NCBI GenBank assembly: GCA_051859245.1
Contig: JBHYGA010000006.1
Coordinates: 251,591 to 315,590 of the forward strand
Source: Gemmatimonadaceae bacterium
GTDB lineage: Bacteria > Gemmatimonadota > Gemmatimonadetes > Gemmatimonadales > Gemmatimonadaceae
Direction: 5' to 3'
Length of the DNA stretch: 64,000 nucleotides
The translations under genes and the position numbers were made by a program. The notes under the pieces were generated by a model. That model was given only the letters and a program-made list of their open reading frames with translations. It was not told the origin of the DNA and did not search any database. The first letter of the stretch is position 1; each line of letters starts with the position of its first letter. This document shows, one piece after another, positions 28,061 through 38,100 of the stretch.

Positions 28061-29686
28061 TCAGCGCGAGAAGGACGCGAGCGTCGGCCCCATGGCGTCG
28101 ATCGTTTCGCGCGCGTTCCATCGATCCGCGCCGTTGTACAGGAACGCAAACGCGAGGATCTCACCATTCTCGGCGGTCACGTAGCCCGAGAGCGAGATCA
28201 CATCATTCGTGGTGCCCGTTTTCGCGTGCAGGTTGCCCTGCGCCGAGGTACCGCGCATGCGTGTGCGCAGTGTTTCCGACTCGCCGGCCACCGGCAACGA
28301 TCCGTGAAACACGCTCGACCATGACGCACCGTGCGCGTAACTCATGAGCTGCACGAGAGCACGCGGTGTCACGCGATCAAGCACCGACAGACCGCTGCCA
28401 TCGGTGGCCGTGATCGCATTCGGCGAGATGCCCATGCGCGACACTGCGAACTCGCGAAGCTGCGAGTACGCGTTGTCTGCAGACCCTTCCTGATCGCGCA
28501 GCGGACCGCGGGCCGCCCCACGAAAAATCTGCTCGGCGTACAGGTTGATGCTTTCGCGATTCATCACCGACACCAGTCGCGATAAGGGCGGCGACGGCAT
28601 GGAGGTCACGAGCAACGAACCCTCGGGCGTGCGTCCCACCTTGATGGCACCGGCGACCTCAATGCCCTGAGCGCGCAACGCTTCGCGGAACGCACCGGCG
28701 GTGAACGTGACAGGATCCGCAACCACCAGCTGCACGCGATACGGTGCTGCGTTCACGCCAATCGTGCCAGTCACCACCACTTGGGATTCGCCAATCATGC
28801 GCACCGACAGTCTGGTGCTGCGCCCTGGGACCACGCGAACACTCGACACCGTTTTCAGCGCGCTCGATGCGGGCTCCAGCCGCACCTCGGCGCCGCCCTT
28901 TTGCGGATACACACCCACGATCACGATGTTTTCGTTGAGCGACAACGCACTGAACGGCGCCGCGTACGACGCGCCAGCGTACCGGGTGAGCCAGCCTTCG
29001 GGAATGCGTCGGCCTTCCATGCCACTCGCGTCGGCAATCAGATCACCGTCGATTCTTTTAACGCCCGCACCGGCCACAAAGCGCGCCAGCATGTCCATGG
29101 GCGCGTCGGGGCCACCGCGCACGAATCGTGGCGACAAACCCGGATCACCATCGCCGCGCAGAATCAGATTGCCGTGCACCACACCGTCTGGTCCCAACGC
29201 ACCATCGCGCAGCACATCGGTGGAAAACGCGAAATCGGGGCCCAGCCGTTCAAGCGCCAGCGCGGCGGTGAACGTTTTCATGGTGGAAGCCGGCACCATG
29301 GGCGTGTCGGCCGACTGCTTGAACAGCGTGTCACCACGCGTGAGCGAAACAACCATCACGCCCCACTGCCCATTTCGCGTTTTCGCGCCGAGCATGCTCG
29401 ACAGATCTGACGAAAGCGCCGAAGCGCCGACCGGCGACGTTGCCTTGAGGACCACCGGCGCTTTGCGCGCGCTAACTGGTGTGGCCTTGGGTCTTTTCGC
29501 GGGCGCGGGGCGACGCGTTGTTTGCTGCAACGCGGGCATCACACGATGCAGCGGCGATGTTTCGCTCGCGTGCGAACTCGTGGGGGCCACCAGCAGTGCG
29601 GCAAGCGCCACAAATGTGGGACCAATCGAAGACAGCGCGCGAAACGCGGGCCGCGAGCGAGACAAATAATCGCTGCGTGGATTCAT
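28061..29686 (-). CDS. dacB: D-Ala-D-Ala carboxypeptidase/endopeptidase PBP4
   Basis: PASTMK (SxxK), GDGDP, ESINL (SxN), DGSGLS, AKTGT; start estimated at ATG 29686. Confidence 0.93.
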   Translation of the reverse strand: MNPRSDYLSRSRPAFRALSSIGPTFVALAALLVAPTSSHASETSPLHRVMPALQQTTRRPAPAKRPKATPVSARKAPVVLKATSPVGASALSSDLSSMLGAKTRNGQWGVMVVSLTRGDTLFKQSADTPMVPASTMKTFTAALALERLGPDFAFSTDVLRDGALGPDGVVHGNLILRGDGDPGLSPRFVRGGPDAPMDMLARFVAGAGVKRIDGDLIADASGMEGRRIPEGWLTRYAGASYAAPFSALSLNENIVIVGVYPQKGGAEVRLEPASSALKTVSSVRVVPGRSTRLSVRMIGESQVVVTGTIGVNAAPYRVQLVVADPVTFTAGAFREALRAQGIEVAGAIKVGRTPEGSLLVTSMPSPPLSRLVSVMNRESINLYAEQIFRGAARGPLRDQEGSADNAYSQLREFAVSRMGISPNAITATDGSGLSVLDRVTPRALVQLMSYAHGASWSSVFHGSLPVAGESETLRTRMRGTSAQGNLHAKTGTTNDVISLSGYVTAENGEILAFAFLYNGADRWNARETIDAMGPTLASFSR

Positions 29687-29751
29687 GAACCAGGACGTGA
29701 GGGAACGTTGCGTCGTGCTACACTCAAAGTGTCGACACGTGCCGCACCACG

Positions 29752-31005
29752 CTACAGCTTGACCACGATTCCTCGTTTGTGCATCAACGACAAGATACCG
29801 TACCAAAGCACGACGAAGGCAATCGCAAAGAGCAACGAAGCGTTCTTGGGCGCGAACCACGGCGCAAACACCTCGCGATAGATAAATGCCTGCAGCGACG
29901 TGCGACCGGTTTCTGTCTCCCACACAATCATGCCGCCAATGAGTCGCGCCATCAGCCCCGAACCCAGAAAGGCGACGAGCGGGTTGATGCCGTACACCAC
30001 AAAAAACCGAGTCCAGCCGCGAATACCGAGTCCATCAATGAGCCAGAGGCAGGTCGCAAGCATCACGGACGCCATGCCACCGGCCAACAGTACGTAAGAG
30101 CTTGTCCACAGCCCTTTGTTAATGGGGAACACCCAACCCCAGCATGTGCCCACCACCATGAGAATCGCGCCCACCGCGAACATGGCCGCCAGACGATCGC
30201 CAAGCGCGCGCTCTCGCTGGGCCAACCACGCGCCGGTGAGTGCGCCGAGCAACACGGTCCCCACAGCGGGCAACGTGGAGAGCAGCCCTTCCGGGTCCCA
30301 CGTTTTGGTGCCCGAATACAAATGCGCTTCACCGAGGACCGCACGATCCACCCACGCGCTCAGCACGAGTCCGGGTTCGTCGAGCAATGCGGCGCCGATC
30401 TGTCCAGTGCCCGGCACCGGTACCAGCGTCATCAGCGCCCAGTAGCCGAGCAGAATGCACGCGGTGAGCACAATCTGCGCCCGCCACGCGAAACGCAGTG
30501 TGAGCAATCCACCAATCGTGTACGCCAGGCCGATGCGCTGCAGCACGCCGAGGATTCGCAGATGTTCGATGCGGTAGATCACACGATCCATGAAACTCGG
30601 ATCAGCAACGTCAGGAATCGCCGTGTACGTCCATCCGGGAAACCACGAGAGAAACAGGCCGCAGAGAAAAATCAGCAGGCCACGGCGGAGCACCTGTCGC
30701 ACGAGCATGGCATCGCTGTCACCGCGCGCACGTCGACTTTGCAGTGACAGATGCGTGGTGATGCCAACAATGAACAGAAAAAACGGAAAGATGAGATCCG
30801 TGGGTGTCCATCCGTGCCACGCCGCGTGCGCGAGTGGCGGATGAATTGCACCCCACGTGCCGGGGTTGTTGACGAGCAACATGCCGGCCACGGTAATGCC
30901 GCGAAATACATCGAGCGCGAGCAATCGCTCCGTTGTATTGGCGCGCGGCGCAACCGGATTCGGTCGCGACGCCGGCACTATTTCAGGCTGCGCAACCGCG
31001 CTCAC
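29752..31005 (-). CDS. HGSNAT-like/NagX (DUF5009) membrane acetyltransferase
   Basis: RLLALDVFRG, LVNNPG, DLIFPFFLF, GVLQRI, WDPEGLL, PINKGLWTSSY motifs. Confidence 0.88.
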   Translation of the reverse strand: MSAVAQPEIVPASRPNPVAPRANTTERLLALDVFRGITVAGMLLVNNPGTWGAIHPPLAHAAWHGWTPTDLIFPFFLFIVGITTHLSLQSRRARGDSDAMLVRQVLRRGLLIFLCGLFLSWFPGWTYTAIPDVADPSFMDRVIYRIEHLRILGVLQRIGLAYTIGGLLTLRFAWRAQIVLTACILLGYWALMTLVPVPGTGQIGAALLDEPGLVLSAWVDRAVLGEAHLYSGTKTWDPEGLLSTLPAVGTVLLGALTGAWLAQRERALGDRLAAMFAVGAILMVVGTCWGWVFPINKGLWTSSYVLLAGGMASVMLATCLWLIDGLGIRGWTRFFVVYGINPLVAFLGSGLMARLIGGMIVWETETGRTSLQAFIYREVFAPWFAPKNASLLFAIAFVVLWYGILSLMHKRGIVVKL

Positions 31006-31535
31006 GCGCCTCCCGTGCTGTCCATGACCCACGTGGCCACCGAGTCGACCTGACAGCGAATGGTGTATCGACGTTCGGGGCTCTCCCGTCCGTCATGTGG
31101 ACGTCCCACGTAGCGTCCGCCCACGCGCACCACCGTGGTGCCAGCGCCGTTGTCCGTCAGCTCGCGCACGAGCACGAGCATGTTCGGCCATTCACCACCA
31201 CTCTCCAGCTTATCGCGAATCTGCTGCTGATTTTTTTCGTTCGGCAGCCAGTAAAACGTGGGTCCCTTTTCTTTCACGACCGCTTCGGCGGCTGGTGGCA
31301 GCGCGGAATCGGTCGTGGCTGCATTCAAAAAACGCAGCGGCTTCGGATCAGCCGTGGTGATGTAGTCGAGCACCGCGATCGCCACCGGCGACGGCGTGAG
31401 ACTGGTGCACGCCGTCGCGGGATCGAGTTGTACCACTTCGCTGGCGCGATCCGCCGTTCCTGCACCGCCACCACACGCCGCACCGAGCATCAGAAGTGAA
31501 AGTGACGCGGTGCGAAGGGAACGAAGGACGGTCAT
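31002..31535 (-). CDS. Hypothetical lipoprotein
   Basis: 177 aa ORF with lipobox GAAC; GTGA overlap with the downstream gene. Confidence 0.7.
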   Translation of the reverse strand: MTVLRSLRTASLSLLMLGAACGGGAGTADRASEVVQLDPATACTSLTPSPVAIAVLDYITTADPKPLRFLNAATTDSALPPAAEAVVKEKGPTFYWLPNEKNQQQIRDKLESGGEWPNMLVLVRELTDNGAGTTVVRVGGRYVGRPHDGRESPERRYTIRCQVDSVATWVMDSTGGA

Positions 31536-31785
31536 GGTGGGGTATCAGAGGGGAGAACGACGATCCTGTTTCGGCCGGTGTGTATCCGGAAACGCGATGT
31601 CCGTTAGCCGCGTTGACACAGATGGCTGAGTGAATCTGATGAGCGGAGCGTCAATCGCGCCACTTCTCACGATTTGGCTCTGGCGCAAAGCCTGTACAGT
31701 CTGAACATTCGAGCATCCCACCTCGCGCGTGAACGGCATCGCCCCCGCGCACCCTCCGCAAGCCATTCCACGAGGAACGACCTGC

Positions 31786-32280
31786 ATGCCCATGGATCGA
31801 AACACGGTCATCCGCGAAGGCGTCTCCGCCGGTCTGATCGGCGCCACCGCCATTGCGATCTGGTTTGGAATTCTTGACGCCATTGCCGGCAGCCTCCTGG
31901 CCACGCCGATCATGCTGGGCTCGTCACTGGCCTCGGTTTTTCAGGGGGTGGGCGCACCGAGTGCCCCCGCGTCCTTCTTGCTGTACACGGTCTTCCACTT
32001 CGCCCTCTTCGTCGGCATCGGTCTGCTGTTCGCCTGGGTGGTGAGCAAGGCCGAAGAGACCCCGTCGGCGCTGATCGGCTTTATCGGCCTCTTCATCGTG
32101 TTCGAGGTCGGCTGGGTGGGTTGGACGTCGGTGCTCTCGCAGGGTTTTGGCCAGCTGACGTGGCTGCAGGTGTTCATTGCAAACCTGATCGGTGCCGCGT
32201 CCATGGGTTACTACATGTACCGCCAGCACCCGGCGCTCCCGGGTCGCGTGGGTCAGGTGCTTGCTGGGGCCGACTCGTAA
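31786..32280 (+). CDS. Hypothetical integral membrane protein (~4 TM)
   Basis: GAGG RBS before ATG 31786; strongly GC3-biased codons; hydrophobic helices with a His in YTVFHF. Confidence 0.75.
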   Translation: MPMDRNTVIREGVSAGLIGATAIAIWFGILDAIAGSLLATPIMLGSSLASVFQGVGAPSAPASFLLYTVFHFALFVGIGLLFAWVVSKAEETPSALIGFIGLFIVFEVGWVGWTSVLSQGFGQLTWLQVFIANLIGAASMGYYMYRQHPALPGRVGQVLAGADS

Positions 32281-32327
32281 CCGCTTTGGATCTGCTCGCT
32301 GGTTAGAGCTGGGGTGCTGGAAGTCCC

Positions 32328-32447
32328 GGCCCCGGTCGGGTGCCCCCTCTTCGCGCCCCCTGCCGGCCGGGCGCGCCGTGAGCGGGCGGAGCGCCCGCCC
32401 GGCGCTGGCCGACAGAAGGCGCGGCGCGGGGGCACCCGACCAGGGCC
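32328..32447 (+). repeat. GC-rich hairpin repeat, copy C
   Basis: Core as in copy A; outer stem GGTCGGGTGCCCCC/GGGGGCACCCGACC. Confidence 0.85.
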
Positions 32448-32583
32448 TGCGTTTGCGCGGGGGCTGCGGGCAGCGACAAGACCACGAAGGTAAGTAGCTC
32501 CCGCCGCGCAGCGGGTCCGACCTCAAGTCCGGCGCGCGCGCCGGGTTCGGCACCACACTCCGCTGGCACTAGCGCTTCCCCAA

Positions 32584-32693
32584 GGACCGGGAGCCCGTCC
32601 GCCGCGCCTTCTGCAGGCCAGCGCCGGGCGGGCGCCCCGCCCGCTCCCGGCGCGCCCGGCCGGCAGTGGGCGCGAAGGACGGGTTCCCGGGCC
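32584..32693 (-). repeat. GC-rich hairpin repeat, copy D (inverted relative to C)
   Basis: Reverse-complement core; outer stem CCGGGAGCCCGTCC/GGACGGGTTCCCGG. Confidence 0.85.
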
Positions 32694-32722
32694 GCCGGCC
32701 GAGCACCCACAAGGGCGCAGCG

Positions 32723-33616
32723 CTACGCCGGCTCCCCGAGCGCCGTATCCTCGGCGTCCCGGTTGACCCAGCGGAAGAAGACCACCGTCATCACCGCGTA
32801 GAAGAACACCCCACCCGGAATCCACATGATCAGCCCACCATACTGCTGATCATCGAGTGGTGTGATGCCCATGATGCGCGGCGCTGTGGCGTAGGCCGGG
32901 TACAACAAGGAGTCGGCCATCACGATGTAGATGGACACCACCGACATCGGAATCACCATCAAAAAACAGAACAACATCTGACCTGGGAACGCGAGTCGCG
33001 GAAGCTCCGCCATGCGACTCGTGAGCGGCCACCACATGAGCACCGCGGTGCTGATGAACATCAGATGCTGCGTAATGTGCACCGCGTGAAACTCAAGCGC
33101 TGCGTTGTACATCGGCGGCAAGTGCCACACCGCGAGCACCACATTGAACCAGAGAAAACTGCTGGCCGTTGTGGTGAGCATGCGAAAGACGCGGCCAACC
33201 ACCGGCACGCGCAACAACGGACGCAGCATCCACCCCGGCGTGCCGAACAACAACAGTGGCGGCACCACCAGTGTGAGAATCAAGTGCTGCACCATGTGCG
33301 CACTGAACAGGTAATAGTCGCTCAAATCATGCAGCGGACCGTTCAGTGTGAAGAACAGCAGGAACAGCGCCTGAAAAAATGACGCGCGCTGCGCAATGCT
33401 TGGTCCGTCGGCTTCGTCGCCCGCCGCAGGCGTGCCAGTGAGTGAATCGCCGTGCGCCGTTGGCGCGAGCGGAAGCGCGGGTTGCAGATCAAGTGCAGAC
33501 GGCCCTTGACGCGCTCTCCAGAGGTAGAGCGCGCCAAGGGCCGAAAGTCCGATCACTGTACTCGGGTGAACCGTGAAGCTCGCGCCGAGATCTACTGCAG
33601 GGTGCAACAGCAACAT
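32723..33616 (-). CDS. ctaG: caa3-type cytochrome c oxidase assembly factor
   Basis: YLFSAHMVQHL, WHLPPMY, DQQYGGLIMWIPG motifs (Caa3_CtaG family). Confidence 0.88.
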   Translation of the reverse strand: MLLLHPAVDLGASFTVHPSTVIGLSALGALYLWRARQGPSALDLQPALPLAPTAHGDSLTGTPAAGDEADGPSIAQRASFFQALFLLFFTLNGPLHDLSDYYLFSAHMVQHLILTLVVPPLLLFGTPGWMLRPLLRVPVVGRVFRMLTTTASSFLWFNVVLAVWHLPPMYNAALEFHAVHITQHLMFISTAVLMWWPLTSRMAELPRLAFPGQMLFCFLMVIPMSVVSIYIVMADSLLYPAYATAPRIMGITPLDDQQYGGLIMWIPGGVFFYAVMTVVFFRWVNRDAEDTALGEPA

Positions 33617-33635
33617 GATGGTGCCGGAAACGGCC

Positions 33636-33983
33636 TCAGCTCAGCAGGCCGAGTCGAATCGACAACTTGCTGAACAGGAACATCAGGCCGATCAAAGTGA
33701 GTGCCGCAATGATGAGCGGCCCGGTAAACAATGAACGGAACAGTTTGTGATCGTACTTGAGGTGCATGTAGTACATGACCACCAGCACGAACTTGATCGT
33801 TGACAGCGTGAGCATGCTCGGCACGTACACCCAGCTCGTTTCCCACGCCGGGATGTAGAACGCGGAAACTTCCACCGCCGTGATCACAAACAGGATAACG
33901 GCAATCTTCCAATACGTGCTCCAACCCGGATGCTCGTGACCATCAGCGTGCGCCCCTGCAGCGGGCGCGTGTTCATTAGCCAT
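33636..33983 (-). CDS. Cytochrome c oxidase subunit IV
   Basis: ITAVEV, KFVLVVMYYMHLKYD; 3 TM; operon position. Confidence 0.88.
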   Translation of the reverse strand: MANEHAPAAGAHADGHEHPGWSTYWKIAVILFVITAVEVSAFYIPAWETSWVYVPSMLTLSTIKFVLVVMYYMHLKYDHKLFRSLFTGPLIIAALTLIGLMFLFSKLSIRLGLLS

Positions 33984-33992
33984 TTGCGCCCC

Positions 33993-34679
33993 TTACTTGA
34001 TGAGGTACACGAGCGTGAAGATCACGATCCAGATCACGTCAACGAAGTGCCAGTACAACGCGGCAATGTCCACATTTGTGGCATCACTCGGCTGCAAACC
34101 ACGCTTGTAATCAATCGCGAGCAACGAGAACAACCAGCAGACACCAACCGCCACGTGCGCACCGTGGAAACCGGTGAGCGTAAAGAAGCTCGAACCAAAC
34201 AGGTTCGTGCGAATGCTCAGTCCTTCACGAATGAAGGCGGTGAACTCGAACGCCTGGAAGCCCAGAAACGATACGCCCATCAGGCACGTGACCCAAAGCC
34301 ACAGCTTGCTCGAGCCAAGAATTTTTTCGCCGAGCGTGTGCTTGGGCAGGTTCTTGTTCTGTACAGCCGCGAGCGCCAGCACCATCGCGAACGATGACAT
34401 CAGCAGCACAAACGTGGACGCCGATGTGACCGGAATATCGAGAATGGCCGGGAACACCTTCCCTGTCGCGGGCTCCGTCCACGGCTCATGCGGGAACGGG
34501 CCCTTGATCGAACGTCCCTTGTAAATCAGGTACGTGGAAATGAGCGACGCAAAGAGCATGCATTCGGACCCGATGAAGGTCCAGATCGCCACCTTGCGGT
34601 TGTCGAGACCGAGCGTGGTGTAGTGGCCGCCGTGGCCAGGTTCACCATGTTCGACATGGGGAGCAGTGGTCGCGGTCAT
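33993..34679 (-). CDS. ctaE: Cytochrome c oxidase subunit III
   Basis: WTFIGSECMLF, LTGFHGAHV, LYWHFVDVIW motifs. Confidence 0.93.
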   Translation of the reverse strand: MTATTAPHVEHGEPGHGGHYTTLGLDNRKVAIWTFIGSECMLFASLISTYLIYKGRSIKGPFPHEPWTEPATGKVFPAILDIPVTSASTFVLLMSSFAMVLALAAVQNKNLPKHTLGEKILGSSKLWLWVTCLMGVSFLGFQAFEFTAFIREGLSIRTNLFGSSFFTLTGFHGAHVAVGVCWLFSLLAIDYKRGLQPSDATNVDIAALYWHFVDVIWIVIFTLVYLIK

Positions 34680-34680
34680 A

Positions 34681-36561
34681 CTAGTGTGCATCCTCGAGCG
34701 GCGTCATCAGCCAGTTGTACAGTGCAGTAATCCACCACAGCGCGCCGGTGATCATGATGCCGATGGCGAGCTTGATGTTGGAATCGGTGAAGAGCATGCC
34801 GCTGAACATGAAGATGACACCCGCTGCGCAGATGAGCGGCATGATCGACGGATTCGGCATCGTAATGCCGAGCTGCTTCGCGGTTTTCTGAACGTGTCCC
34901 GCTTCTTCGGCGACCGTGGTCGGCTTGGAGACCACTGTGCCCTTGAGATCCCACAGCGGATAACGCGACGTGATCTTGGGCAGCTCGTCGAAGTTGTGCT
35001 CCGGCGGCGGTGAAGGAATCGCCCACTCGATCGTTGGCGCGCCCCACGGGTTGCTCGAGGCACGCTCGCCAGACTTCCACGACTTCCACAGGTTGATCAA
35101 ACCAAACAGTGTGCCGAGCATGAGCACGAGCGTGCCGATGGACGAGAGCATGTTGAACAGGTCGAGTCCCTGACCGGCGTCGTACTGATACGTGCGGCGC
35201 GGCATGCCGAGCAGTCCGCTGAAGTGCATCGGGAAGAACGTCAGGTTCATGCCGATCAGCGACAGCCAGAAGTGCCAGTTACCGAGCTTCTCGCTCATGA
35301 AACGGCCGCTCATTTTCGGGAAGTAGTAATACAACCCGGCAAAGAGACCGAACATCGAGCCACCAAAGAGCACGTAGTGAAAGTGCGCCACGATGAAATA
35401 TGTATCCGTCTGCTGCAAGTCGGCCGGCGGCGACGAGTGCATCACGCCGGAAATACCACCGATCGTGAACATGCCCACGAGTGCCACACCAAACTTCATG
35501 GCCACGGTGAAGCGCAACTGGCCGTCCCACATGGTGGCCATCCAGTTGAAGATCTTCACACCGGTTGGAATCGCGATCAGCATCGTGGTGAGTGAGAACA
35601 CCGCGTCGGCGATCGGGCCCATGCCCACCGAGAACATGTGGTGAGCCCACACGCCGAATCCGAGGAAGCCGATGAGGATACCGGAGTACACCATGACCGG
35701 ATAACCGAACAGCGGCTTCTTGGAGAACGTGGGCAACACTTCGGAGACGAGACCGAAGGCCGGCAGAATGAGGATGTAAACCTCGGGGTGTCCGAACACC
35801 CAGAACAGATGCTGCCACAGCAGCGGGTCAGCGCCGGCGCCAATCGCGTAGAAGTTCGTACCAAAGAATCGGTCGAACTGCAGGAACACGAGCGCCACGG
35901 TGATGACCGGGAACGCGAGTGCCACCAGGAACTGCACCACGAACGACATCCACGTAAAGATCGGCATGCGCATCAGGTGCATACCTGGCGCGCGCATGTT
36001 GATGATCGTGGTGATGAAGTTGAACGCGGCGGCAAGTGACGAGATGCCGAGGATCTGCAGACCCAGCACCCAGAAATCCATGTTGATCTGGGGCGAGAAC
36101 TGCTTCGTGCTCAGCGGCGCGTAACCGAACCATCCACCATCTGGAGCCACCGAGAAGAAAATCGGCACCGTGATGAAAATACCGCCCAGCAAATACACCC
36201 AGTAACTGAACGCGTTGAGTCGCGGAAACGCCACGTCTCGCGCGCCAATCTGGAGCGGTATGAGGAAGTTGAAGAACGCAGCCGATAGCGGCATGATGGC
36301 GAGGAACACCATCGTGGTGCCGTGCATCGTGAACAGCTGGTTGTACATGTCGGCCGACAACACCTGTCCGTTTGGTGTGGCGAGCTGCGCACGAATCAGC
36401 GCGGCCTCCAATCCACCAATCACGAAAAAGATGAGCGACGTCACGAGATAGAGCGCCCCGATGCGCTTATGGTCGACCGTGGTGAGCCAGCTCCAGAGTC
36501 CCGTGTTCGAGGACTCCGCGGCTGACTGCGTGTACGGCGGGGCGGCGACGATGGTAGCCAT
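34681..36561 (-). CDS. ctaD: Cytochrome c oxidase subunit I (A1 type)
   Basis: TTVDHKRIG, TMHGT, WVFGHPEVY, WAHHMF, VAHFHY, GMPRR motifs. Confidence 0.97.
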   Translation of the reverse strand: MATIVAAPPYTQSAAESSNTGLWSWLTTVDHKRIGALYLVTSLIFFVIGGLEAALIRAQLATPNGQVLSADMYNQLFTMHGTTMVFLAIMPLSAAFFNFLIPLQIGARDVAFPRLNAFSYWVYLLGGIFITVPIFFSVAPDGGWFGYAPLSTKQFSPQINMDFWVLGLQILGISSLAAAFNFITTIINMRAPGMHLMRMPIFTWMSFVVQFLVALAFPVITVALVFLQFDRFFGTNFYAIGAGADPLLWQHLFWVFGHPEVYILILPAFGLVSEVLPTFSKKPLFGYPVMVYSGILIGFLGFGVWAHHMFSVGMGPIADAVFSLTTMLIAIPTGVKIFNWMATMWDGQLRFTVAMKFGVALVGMFTIGGISGVMHSSPPADLQQTDTYFIVAHFHYVLFGGSMFGLFAGLYYYFPKMSGRFMSEKLGNWHFWLSLIGMNLTFFPMHFSGLLGMPRRTYQYDAGQGLDLFNMLSSIGTLVLMLGTLFGLINLWKSWKSGERASSNPWGAPTIEWAIPSPPPEHNFDELPKITSRYPLWDLKGTVVSKPTTVAEEAGHVQKTAKQLGITMPNPSIMPLICAAGVIFMFSGMLFTDSNIKLAIGIMITGALWWITALYNWLMTPLEDAH

Positions 36562-36582
36562 CGCGAATAGTGTGTGAGGGTG

Positions 36583-37875
36583 TTACTTGAGCGCCTGCAG
36601 ATACGCCACGATGTCGGCGATCTGAGCGTCCGTGAGTCCACCCTTGGCGGGTGTCATGACCGATTTGATCCGGTAATCCATCTCTCCAACACCAATGGCT
36701 GGCATCAGACTGCCTGGCTTCATCGCCGTTGCATTCTTGATCCACAGCGCGAGGTGCTTCGCGTCATTCACGTAATACCCCGACGCAATCGTGTGACGCG
36801 ATGCAACGTGCGTGAGGTTAGGCCCAACGTTCGACATCGACATCGGATTGCCCTTGATCGCGTGGCAACCAATGCAGCTCGAGCGGGAATACAACTCGCG
36901 TCCACGTTCTGCATCACCGGCGGCGAGCAGCGATTCGTCGAACGTCAGATCCTTCGGCAAACGCGTGGTCGGAATCACGTACGCTGGCAGCTGCTCGCGC
37001 GGGAACGAATAGCCCGTGCTCGGCGCGGCCACAGGAGCCGGTGCAGCCACCGCGGTTGAATCCTGCGTGGTCGCGGCCGCATCGGTGCTGGCCGGCAACA
37101 ACGGTACCGGAGCGGCAGCTGGTGCCGCCGGTCCCGTAAACACGGCGGGACTCGCCTGATGCTTGGCCCAGCTTTCAAACTCGTCCGGCGACACCGTGTA
37201 CACCTTGAACTTCATGTTCGCGTGCGACGAACCGCAGTACTCGGCGCAGAAACCGTTCAGCGCCGACATATCCAGATCTTCGTTCGGCGTGAACCACAGG
37301 TAGTTCGTGCGATTCGTGATCAAATCGCGTTTGCCACCAAGCTGCGGAATCCAGAACGAATGCAGTACGTCCACCGTGGTCAGCGCAAAGTTGACGGTGC
37401 GCCCCTTGGGGAGATACAGCTCGTTGGCGGTGGTGATGCCGTACTCCGGGTAGCGGAACTCCCACCACCACTGATGTCCGATGACTTCCACTTGCAATGC
37501 GTCGGGCGCCGCTTTCGCCTGCGTGGCGAAAATCGTGCGCACGTTCGGAATCGCAATGAAAATCAGGATGACGGCTGGAATTGCAGTCCAGAGAATCTCA
37601 AGCACCGTGTTGCCGTGCACCGGTTTCGGATCTGCGCTATTTGGACGGCGGCGGAAACGAATGATGACGTACACGAGGCCAACTTCAACGGCAATAAACA
37701 CGAGCGTGCCCCAGAACAGGAGCTTGTCCCACAACACGTCAGTCGCCGCGTTGAAGTCGGTCGTGTGATTGAACGTTGAGTTCGGATACTCGGTGCTGCA
37801 GGCACCGGCAACAAGCGCCAGTGCTGAGAGAAGTGCGACGGTATGCCACCGGCGCCGGCGGAACAACGAAGACAT
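36583..37875 (-). CDS. coxB: Cytochrome c oxidase subunit II with fused cytochrome c (caa3)
   Basis: Lipobox AGAC; GHQWWW, DVLHSF, CAEYCGSSHANM (CuA); C-terminal CIGCH and MP ligands. Confidence 0.95.
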   Translation of the reverse strand: MSSLFRRRRWHTVALLSALALVAGACSTEYPNSTFNHTTDFNAATDVLWDKLLFWGTLVFIAVEVGLVYVIIRFRRRPNSADPKPVHGNTVLEILWTAIPAVILIFIAIPNVRTIFATQAKAAPDALQVEVIGHQWWWEFRYPEYGITTANELYLPKGRTVNFALTTVDVLHSFWIPQLGGKRDLITNRTNYLWFTPNEDLDMSALNGFCAEYCGSSHANMKFKVYTVSPDEFESWAKHQASPAVFTGPAAPAAAPVPLLPASTDAAATTQDSTAVAAPAPVAAPSTGYSFPREQLPAYVIPTTRLPKDLTFDESLLAAGDAERGRELYSRSSCIGCHAIKGNPMSMSNVGPNLTHVASRHTIASGYYVNDAKHLALWIKNATAMKPGSLMPAIGVGEMDYRIKSVMTPAKGGLTDAQIADIVAYLQALK

Positions 37876-38100
37876 GCCAGTTCCGAGAGTGAGAGAGTCG
37901 ATGTGTTTCGACGAGATTCGTTGATAGTCAGTCGAAGCTAAACCGCCGTTTCAGCACAAGGCAAGCAACTCCGTGAGAAGTTTGCCTCTGCGTGCGATGA
38001 TCGTCGTACACGAGAGAGTATCGGCACCCGATCCATCGATCTCATTCGGACCGACTGTTCCGATATCGCACGCAACGCGTTTTGCTTCACTCCGCACGCC

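Noticed and set aside
21098..32693. Repeats as a CRISPR array
   Set aside because: No regular repeat-spacer periodicity and no cas genes; copies are dispersed or directly tandem.
38018..38066. Sigma28 promoter for the SBP-MCP pair
   Set aside because: Only -10-like CCGATA elements are present; there is no properly spaced -35.
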